64,000 nucleotides of DNA from assembly GCF_006345805.1 (NCBI RefSeq), contig NC_042999.1:24242001-24306000 (forward strand), written 5' to 3'. Positions 54,775-64,000 of the stretch are shown piece after piece. The translations under genes were made by a program, and so were the position numbers. The notes below the pieces were generated by a model, which ran no database searches, had not been told where the DNA came from, and saw nothing but the letters and a program-made list of their open reading frames with translations. This DNA comes from Octopus sinensis. Lineage: Eukaryota. Numbering within the stretch: the first letter of the stretch is position 1; each line of letters opens with the position of its first letter.

Positions 54775-55031
54775 TAACTAAGGCCATGCAGGAGCACCAC
54801 CTCCAAGGAGTTCAGGCCAACAAATCGCTCCTATTAATTATATCCATTTTAACCCTGGTACTTATTTCATGAGTCTGTTTTGCCGAACAGGCGACATTAC
54901 GGGACGTATTTGCACCAACACCGGTTGTCAAGACGTGGTGGGATACAAACACAAACACAAAGACAAACACACTGAATCTAGGACGAAGTGGTTGAGAAGA
55001 AAGCTTCTTACTACACAGCCAAACCTGCGCC
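54775..55031 (-). mobile_element. Internally deleted, diverged SINE family B copy
   Basis: Tail at 54780, head at 54990-55031. Confidence 0.7.
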
Positions 55032-55064
55032 AATAATACATACATATATAGATACATATAGAGG

Positions 55065-55120
<56 letters not shown>

Positions 55121-55300
55121 CAAATAGAAAGGTAGACAGACAGACATATATATATATATATATATATATATACCTGTCTGTACACACAAACACACATACA
55201 TACAGACTGTCATTGTGCGCATTCAGACCCATACACACGCACACATATATATATAGCTAGACAGAAAGACAGACAAACAGAAAGGTAGACCGAGAGACAG

Positions 55301-55377
<77 letters not shown>

Positions 55378-56154
55378 TGTGTGTGTGTATGTGAGTGTGT
55401 GTCTGTCTGTACTCACACACACACACACATATATATACAAACTGTCTTTGTACACACACGCACCTACACGCACACATACACACACGCACATACATACATA
55501 CAGACATACATACATACATACACACATATATACATACAAGCAGACAACAGACTAGCAGACAGATTGATAGATAGATGGACAGAATTGTGGATCCAGTGTA
55601 ATCCCCCTAGAATAAGCGGAGTACGAAGGGACGGTTTAATTACTGCGTCATCGTGGTAAAAAAAAAAAAAGAGAAAGAAAATAGAAAACCAGAAAAAGCA
55701 GGGAAGTATGTCAGGAGCAAAATCCTACAACGGAAATGCAAAGTTTATCAGAGTTTAACACGTTTTTTATTTCTTTGTTCTTGTTTTCCTTGGAGCGTTA
55801 AACTAATATAAATTTTATATTTCTGCTGTTTGTCTACACACTATTCTCTCTCTTTCCTTGTCTTTTCTTTTATCCCCTCACATTGTATGTTTGTATGTAT
55901 ACACGTGTATGTGTGTGGACGGGTGTGCTTGTGCGTGTATTTCTGTGTGTAGGAGTGTTACGTGTGTATAAATAAACATAGAGAGAAGCGTTATATAATG
56001 CGCCATCTTTCCATAATGTCAGGTGTTAAAACTTGATATTTTTATCTTCAGTTACACCAAACAGAAGAAACAACTTTTACTGAAGTTTTAGTGTTAATAA
56101 ACGAATGTTTTTTATGACATTTCAGAGTATGGCAAATCAATTACGCTAGAAATA

Positions 56155-57605
56155 AAATATTATATATTTTAAAAAGCCTTTCTATTCTAATACTATTTCT
56201 AATATTTTCAGATATTTTTTTTTTATATACGAATATTAAATAAGAGATATCAAATTTACAGAGAATGGATAAAAATACCATGCATCCCTCAGAAGAACCA
56301 TGTTAAGACTTTTATGAGATTAGAACATTTTTTTTTTAAAGATCATACGGATCTTTTCGGTTTGAACGGCAGTTTTTAACATAATTTCTAGGCAACTAAA
56401 AAATGTCAAACTTCGTATACTGGTAGAATGTGTTTATAAAATATCTATTTCTCTTGGCTTTATTGAGAAAATTCTATAGTTTGTAAGATATTTGTTGTTT
56501 TTTTTCTTCAATTTCTGCAATTTCAACAAATCACTGACGGCCATTGAGGTAAAAACATTCTGTGCCGTATGAATATGTCCCGCGTTTAAGAAACAGATTG
56601 GGTTTATTTACATTGTGAAGAAAAAAGATACCCTTCCCCCCCCCTAACTCTAACCCTAACTAATCCTAACCGTAAAATAGATTGAAATGCAATAGATCGA
56701 TAATAGGGTCATAATTATGGGTGACAATTTCATATGACACCGCTAGAAAAAACTGCCGTTCAAACCGAAAAGATCCAAATATTATATATTTTAAAAAGGC
56801 TTTCTATTCTAATACATTCTAATATTATTTATAATATCTTCAGATTGTTTTTTTATACGCAAATATTAAATAACAGATATCAAATATACAGAGAATGGAT
56901 AAAAATACCATGCATCCCTCAGAAGAACCATGTTAAGACTTTTATGAGATTAGAACATTTTTTTTTTAAAGATCATACGGATCTTTTCGGTTTGAACGGC
57001 AGTTTTTAACATAATTTCTAGGCAACTAAAAAATGTCAAACTTCGTATACTGGTAGAATGTGTTTATAAAATATCTATTTCTCTTGGCTTTATTGAGAAA
57101 ATTCTATAGTTTGTAAGATATTTGTTGTTTTTTTTCTTCAATTTCTGCAATTTCAACAAATCACTGACGGCCATTGAGGTAAACAACATTCTGTGCCGTA
57201 TGAATATGTCCCGCGTTTAAGAAACAGATTGGGTTTATTTACATTTGTGAAGAAAAAAAGATACCCTTCCCCCACCCCTAACTCTAACCCTAACTAATCC
57301 TAACCGTAAAATAGATTGAAATGCAATAGATCGATAATAGGGTCATAATTATGGGTGACAATTTCATATGACACCGCTAGAAAAAACTGCCGTTCAAACC
57401 GAAAAGATCCAAATATTATATATTTTAAAAAGGCTTTCTATTCTAATACATTCTAATATTATTTATAATATCTTCAGATTGTTTTTTTATACGCAAATAT
57501 TAAATAACAGATATCAAATATACAGAGAATGGATAAAAATACCATGCATCCCTCAGAAGAACCATATTAAGACTTAAGTGAGATTAGAACATTTTTTTTA
57601 AAGAA
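56155..57605. repeat. X-MITE-X-MITE-X tandem structure (~635-bp period)
   Basis: MITEs at ~56349-56776 and ~56989-57410 with 29-bp TIRs GGATCTTTTCGGTTTGAACGGCAGTTTTT. Three ~200-bp X segments. Confidence 0.9.
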
Positions 57606-57841
57606 AATACTTAAGACAGCTGGGGGATTAAAAATTTCTCGGTATAAAGCTGTCCGGTTGAAGTTAAAGAATGTAACAATTCTGATTTATTGTTAATAAT
57701 TGTAATCTAATGTTGTCTTTCTCCGAATGACTGATATTACACCCTCGGGAACCGTTAATGTAGGACAGGGTATATATTTTTTTATAATGGACTAGCAGAA
57801 ATTAAAATCGTAATGTCATCATATATTGGGAAGTTAAAATA

Positions 57842-58408
57842 TTGGGTTGTCTGGAAAGTTAGTAGTGATTTTTAAAGGAAATGAAAAGGTCAATAAATAC
57901 TTGCCATTACATTTTTAAACAACCAAATATGAACCATTTTGTTGCACAATGTGTCTCCATCTTTCCTTTAACTTGAAAATACCCCCCTTCCCAGAATTGA
58001 GGTGGTTTTAGAGCAAAGAATTCACCAAGGTATCTTTTTATGTTATCCAAGGAATTGAAATTTTTACCATTAAGACTATTCTGCAGAGACCTGAATAAGT
58101 GGAAATCCGGAGTAACAATATATGGTGAATATGGAGGGTGGGATAACACATCCCAGCCGAGCTGCAGCAATTTTTGTCTGGTTCCTAAAAAATCAAGTGC
58201 CGAAAATGAACTTTCTTGTCTTCCATTTTAAAGGGTTACAAAATTAACACAGGTGATAGGAACACAAACCTTCTTCCACGAAAAGATAGCTTAAACTGTG
58301 CTCTAAATGGAGGTGTAGTCAAATCCTATTTTATGGACTCAACCATGTTCTAAAATAAGTCGGAAGGTAAGCTGCTATAAATCGGCACGAACTTTCCGGA
58401 CAAACCAA
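57842..58408 (-). mobile_element. Internally deleted mariner with both TIRs and TA TSD
   Basis: TA|TTGGGTTGTCTGGAAAGTT ... AACTTTCCGGACAAACCAA|TA. Peptide LGWDVLSHPPYSP..PDFHLFRSLQN. Confidence 0.9.
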
Positions 58409-58829
58409 TAGTAATGTATAGTTTTGTGTATTTACTGCGATAACCATTTATTGTTCATCTGTACGTGCACATAGTGCGAGAATCAATATAGGCACATATA
58501 CGTTATTTGCAAACTATTCATATAACCGATGAAATAATATTTAAAAACAGCGTTAGATTCGAGGTTTACTGAGAAGAATTATGGAATTTGCTTGTTCATA
58601 TTGGAAAGATTTCTTATGAGTTTATCGTTTGTGTAAGCAGCAAAACGTTAGGTGTAAATGTAGTCAGCATAAATTTATTATTTAAAATCTACTGATATTT
58701 ATGCTCCTCAAAGACGTGGTTGATCATAAGGTTTTAAAAACCCAACATCCAGCTTTAGAACGAGTATTAAACCATAGGTTGTTTGCAGCTTTTAGTATTT
58801 CGTCTCTTATTTATGCGGTTAACAATATT

Positions 58830-59060
58830 TATTTCTTTATTGCTCACAAGGGGTTAAACATAGAGGGGACAAACAAGGACAGACAAGGGGATTAAGTCGA
58901 TTGCATCGACCCCAGTGATTAACTGGTACTTATTTAATCGACCCCGAAAGGATGAAAGGCAAAGTCGACCTCGGCGGAATTTGAACTCAGAACGTAACGA
59001 CAGACGAAATACGGATACGCATTTCGCCCGGCGTGTTAACGTTTCTACCAGCTCGCCGCC
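58830..59060 (-). mobile_element. SINE family A monomer with 19-bp TSD
   Basis: TTATGCGGTTAACAATATT at 58811 and 59061. Confidence 0.95.
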
Positions 59061-59282
59061 TTATGCGGTTAACAATATTACTTAGTCATTTTTTAATAAT
59101 GATTAATCCTATCAAATCATGAAATTCAACTCCTTCCTCAGCTTATCTCCAAAACTAGCTGTTGCGTCTGAACCAAAAGAAATATCATAAAATAAAAATT
59201 TCCTATACTGCATTTATATTATTAATGTCCAAATTATATTTTGGACTAATACCTGAACGAAGTTATAGAGGTTTTGGAAGAA

Positions 59283-59350
59283 GAGGCTTCAGTATAGACA
59301 ATGAAGCTTCGGTATAGACAGTGAGGCTTCGGTACAGACAGTGAGGCTTC
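59283..59350. repeat. 20-bp minisatellite, ~3.4 copies
   Basis: GAGGCTTCGGTATAGACAGT variants. Confidence 0.9.
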
Positions 59351-59633
59351 AAATTCATTAACCCGCATGAAGTTCAAAAGTGAGAAAAACTACTTGATAA
59401 CAGATACACTATTATTCCATAATGGAAGAGAAGTGATTTACTTAATGTTAAAAATAGAGAAATCCGAATTCTTTCTTCTAAGTACACATGTTTCAATTTC
59501 GAGCAAATCATTATGCAAGTGCGATTAGCAAAAAAACAAAACAACAGAAAACAAAATACTATTATGATCTTTAAATATTATGTAGCCAAAAATGTCTACT
59601 TTATTGCCTCTTTTTATGCAGTCGATCTCGATG

Positions 59634-59905
59634 TCAATGGCCCAGTGGTTAGGGCAGCGGACTCGCGGTTTCGATTCCCAGACCGGGCGTTGTGAGTGTT
59701 TATTGAGCGAAAATACATAATAGCTCCACGCGGCTCCGGAAGGGGGGTGGTGGTGATACCTGCAGTACTCTTTCACCACAGCTTTCTCTCACTCTTTTTT
59801 CTGTTGGCCTGCTCGCTTAGCCAGTGGGGTATCGTCATTTGAAGGCTAAAACAATGCGAAGCGCATTGTGACCAGCGATGTGTAGCAAGGTCGGTCACAG
59901 TGATA
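59634..59905 (+). mobile_element. SINE family C head/body with tail type 2
   Basis: Matches 15683. Confidence 0.85.
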
Positions 59906-59984
59906 CATATATATATATATACATACATACATATATATATACATATATATATACATATATATATATACATATATATATATATAT

Positions 59985-60269
59985 TCGGAGACCCCCTTCG
60001 ATCACGACACAGACCATGGGATTGCACATAGAAAGTTACCCTCCTAGACACAAGTCCGGGCGAGGTTGTTTATGGAAGACCAGTAGTCGCCCATGCATAC
60101 CAGCCTCCCCTCTCCACGCCACCAGTGTTATCCAAGGGAAAAGACAAAGGTCGATACAGCTTGGCACCAGTGACGTCGCAACTCATTTCTACAGCTGAGT
60201 GAACTGGAGCAACGTGAAATAAAGTATCTTGCTCAAGAACACAACACGCAGCCCGGTCCGGGATTCGAA
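59985..60269 (-). mobile_element. SINE family D body with a fourth tail type
   Basis: Body 60180-60269 matches 50575-50660; tail unrelated to the other tails. Confidence 0.75.
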
Positions 60270-60847
60270 TATATGTATATATATATAATGTCAAATTTCA
60301 GTCTCTGAAATAATTTTTGAAAAATGTTATTGTCCAATCACGCAATGAAATTTAACCGGGAACTATTTGGTTGCGAATAGTAACAGCTAAACAGCCACAA
60401 CAAAAAATATATGGTGTAGAAACGGAGATTTTTCTATAAAATGTTTAGCATATACAAAATGATAAAGAAAATGTATATTAGAAATAAAAGCAGCAGGAAT
60501 ATACTTCATTAAATATTCTGGAGATATGTTACTTCATTCGAGCATAATACCAACTTCATTAACTGATAACAGATTTAACAGATATATATATATATATATA
60601 TATATATGTGAGTGTGTATGTATATGTATATGTATATATATATATATATAGATATATATATATATATTCATACATCAATGCATATTTATATGTATATATA
60701 TATAATCTACAATCTGTTGGAGACTTATATACATATCTGATATCCATTGAGGTTCATTATATTGTGTATATTTTAATCTTGATCCTCATTATCAGACAAT
60801 CATAATCCTCCTCTCTGTTCTACTACTACTACTACTACTACTACTAA

Positions 60848-61471
60848 GGCGGCGAGCTGGCAGAAACGTTAGCACGCCGGGCGAAATGCGTAGCCGTATT
60901 ACGTCTGTCGCTACGTTCTGAGTTCAAATTCCGCCGAGGTCGACTTTCGGGGTCGATAAATTAAGTACCAGTTACGCACTGGGGTCGATGTAATCGACTT
61001 AATCTGTTTGTCTGTCCTTGTTTGTCCCCTCTGTGTTTAGCCCCTTGTGGGCAATAAAGAAATAAGAAACGTTAGCACGCCGGGCGAAATGCGTAGCCGT
61101 ATTTCGTCTACCGTTACGTTCTGAGTTCAAATTCCGCCGAGGTCGATTTTGCCTTTCATCCTTTCGGGGTCGATAAATTAAGTACCAGTTACGCACTGGG
61201 GTCGATATAATCGACTTAGTCCATTTGTCTGTCCTTGCTTGTCCTCTCTGTGCTTAGCCCCTTGTGGGTAGTAAAGAAATAGGTATTTCGTCTGTCTTTA
61301 TGTTCTGAGTTCAAATTCCGCCGAGGTCGATTTTGCCTTTCATCTTTTCGGGGTCGATAAGTTAAGTACCACTTATGCTCTGGGGTCGATGCAATCGACT
61401 TAATCCATTTGTCTGTCCTTATTTGTCCTCACTGTGCTTAGCCCTTTGTGGGTAGTAAAGAAATAGGTATT
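60848..61471 (+). repeat. SINE family A trimer
   Basis: Three units. Second unit restarts at AGAAACGTTAGC, third at GTATTTCGTC. Confidence 0.95.
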
Positions 61472-61945
61472 TAAGATTTACTGAGAATTTTGCTTTTCAT
61501 CATTTCGGCGCCGACAAAAAATTACCAGTCCAAAGCAGTGGATTGGCGAAACGTTCAGAAGTAAAGACTGGATGCCTTGCAATATATGCAAGTTCAAACG
61601 TAACAAGTGCTACATAACGTAATAGGGGCTACAGGTGCTAGTTCAAATCTAACAGGTGCTACATAGGTGTTGAAACGGGACAGGCGCTACACAGGTGGTA
61701 GAATTTTTCCATTATCTAGCTTAGCACCATCACATGGCATTTTGGATTCCTTTAACGGAGCCCAAGCTGTATGAAATATTTCATCTAAGTATATCTAAGG
61801 TCCCAGTAAAGGGTCATGGGCACTGTCTTCTCTAGAATAATAAGAAAATAAAAATTAAGGTAACTATTGTTAAATTTTTGGTCACTCATTTTGTCAGTAA
61901 GCACATACTATTTATTTGATTTTCACTTTTCCACACGAAGACAAG

Positions 61946-62260
61946 TGGAGGCGCAATGGCCTAGTGGTTAGGGCAGCGGACTCACGGTCGGAAGATCACA
62001 GTTTCGATTCCCAGATTGGGCGTTGTGTGTGTTTATTGAGCGAAAGCATCTAAAGCTCCACGAAGCTCCAACAGGGGGGGGGGCGACTCCTGTTGTACTC
62101 TTTCGCTCCAACTTTCTCTCACTCTTTCTTCCTGTTTCTAGAGTTACGCTGCGATGGACTGGCGTCCCGTCCATTTGGGGGGAGGGGACACATACGCCAT
62201 AGAAACCTGGAAACCGGGCCCATGAACCTTGCTAGGCTTGAAAAGGGCGCATAAAAAAAA
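61946..62260 (+). mobile_element. SINE with family C head/body and family D tail
   Basis: Same architecture as 29491-29795. Confidence 0.85.
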
Positions 62261-62819
62261 TAAACACAAAGACAAAACGGAACAGAGAATACAAAACCAG
62301 AGGTAAGCGGAGATACGAGGGCAGGATGTCATCGAAGAGGTCACGGAATGTGTGAAAAAAGAACTCTGACAAATAAACAACAAATGACAATAAAGGTTAA
62401 GTGAAGATCAGTAAACACTGCCTGCGTTTATTGGTAAAATGACCGTCCCCAAATATAACAAAGTCCGTTTCAACACATGATGTCACATCAAGAATCTTGC
62501 AGAACAAATTCATGAACGCATATTATTGTAAATGTACAAAGTTAACACAATTTTTAAGAAAGAAGTGTGCTGAAGTTTAACAAGCGCTACGGGGGAATGC
62601 CCTGTCGTTAAAAGCCTAGTATAGCTATTTTTAAAATATACTTTTCTGTATCTTTCTAGAAAACTTGCCAGTAGTTGTTAGAGTTATATGTGTGTATAAT
62701 TTTAGGTATGTTAATTACAAATGAGATAATAGTCGCATTCCTTGACTGCCATATTTTTTTAATTCTACAGTTAGTTCTGTGTATTTTCTAAACTTCTCAG
62801 CTGACATCTGCACAATATT

Positions 62820-63250
62820 GGTTTCGAGTTCTGGAAGAAGGCCAGCAATTATGGAAGAGGGTGTAAGTTGATTACTTTAACCCCAGTGCTCAAATGGTAT
62901 GTATTCTATCGCTCCCATAAGGTTGAAGGTCAAAGTTCGATTCTGACGGCATATGAACTCAAACCGTCAAATCCAAAGAAATGCTGCTCAGCATTTGGTC
63001 TGGCACCGAAACGGTTCCGCCAGCTCGCCGTCTTAATTATCCTTTCTACTATAGGCAAAAAGCCTGAAATTTGGGGGAGATGACTAGTCGGTTACATCGA
63101 CGCCCCAATGTTTCACTAGCACTTATTTTATCGACCCCGAAACGATGAAAAGCAAAGTCGACCTCGGCGAAATTTGAACTCAGAACGTAGTAGCAAACGA
63201 AATACGCTATGCATTTCGCCCGGCGTGCTATCAATTCTACCAGCTCGCCG
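62820..63250 (-). mobile_element. Two older family A-related SINEs with alternative tail (..CCCCAAATTTCAGGC..)
   Basis: Same head and central domain but different tail. Relatives at ~22085, 33140, 40655 and 41760. Confidence 0.75.
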
Positions 63251-63253
63251 AAT

Positions 63254-63353
63254 NNNNNNNNNNNNNNNNNNNNNNNNNNNNNNNNNNNNNNNNNNNNNNN
63301 NNNNNNNNNNNNNNNNNNNNNNNNNNNNNNNNNNNNNNNNNNNNNNNNNNNNN
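63254..63353. other. Assembly gap (100 N)
   Basis: N run. Confidence 1.
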
Positions 63354-64000
63354 TTTACTACTCACAGGGGCTAAACACAAAGCGGACAAACAAGGACAGA
63401 CAAACGGATTAAGTTGATTATATCGACACCAGTGCGTAACTGGTACTTAATTTATCGACCCCGAAAGGATGAAAGGCTAAGTCGACCTCGGCGGCATTTG
63501 AAATCAGAAAGTAACGGCAGACGAAATACCTATTTCTTTACTACCCACAAGGGGCTAAATACAGAAAGGACAAACAAGGACAGACAAACGGATTATGTCG
63601 ATTACATCGACCCCAGTGCCTAACTGGTACTTAATTTATCGACCCGGAAAGGATGAATGGCAAAGTCGAACTCGGCAGAATTTGAACTCAGAACGTAACG
63701 ACAGACGAAATACCTATTTCTTTACTACCCACAAGGGGCTAAACACAGAGAGGACAAACAAGGATAGACAAACGGATTAAGTCTATTATATCGGCCTCAG
63801 TGCGTAACTGGTACTTAATATATCGACTCCGAAAGGATGAAAGGCAAAGTCGACCTCAGGGAAATTTGAACTCAGAACGTAGCGGCAAACGAAATACCGC
63901 TATGCATCTCGCCCGGTGTGCTAACGTTTCTTATTTCTTTACTGTCCACAAGGGGCTAGACACAGAGGGGACAAACAAGGACAGACAACGTTTCTACCAG
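63354..64000 (-). repeat. SINE family A multimer array (at least 3.3 units)
   Basis: 184-bp units between the gap and the window end. Confidence 0.95.

Overview
AT-rich, microsatellite-dense eukaryotic DNA with two 100-N gaps. The repeat content is what I recognise from octopus (Octopus sp.) genomes; this is an inference from the SINE families. No intact protein-coding gene is visible. Nearly all supplied ORFs are translations of (TA)n/(CA)n/(TAA)n/(ACC)n tracts or SINEs. The window is a patchwork of four tRNA-derived SINE families (working names A-D; about 40 copies, several with clean TSDs), decayed mariner transposases, R4/Dong-like and Tx1/L1-like LINE fragments, a Chapaev-like fragment, non-autonomous Helitrons, 8-bp-TSD MITEs and tandem duplications. 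Weak signs of a host transcription unit on + are a CRE/ETS/CCAAT cluster at 7.6-7.7 kb and candidate exons at 9.3 and 46.8 kb. The most interesting signals are: (1) four sequence-divergent minimal type I hammerhead-ribozyme folds of the Penelope-like kind, one nearly textbook at 28152-28259 (-); (2) a two-copy repeat with hammerhead parts in a non-circularly permuted order and covarying helices; (3) a strong AG|GTGAGT zero-length-exon (recursive splice) motif at 53124; (4) SINE-A multimer arrays of 184-bp units; (5) head/body/tail shuffling among SINEs; (6) a permuted templated insertion; and (7) TA-anchored fold-back palindromes.
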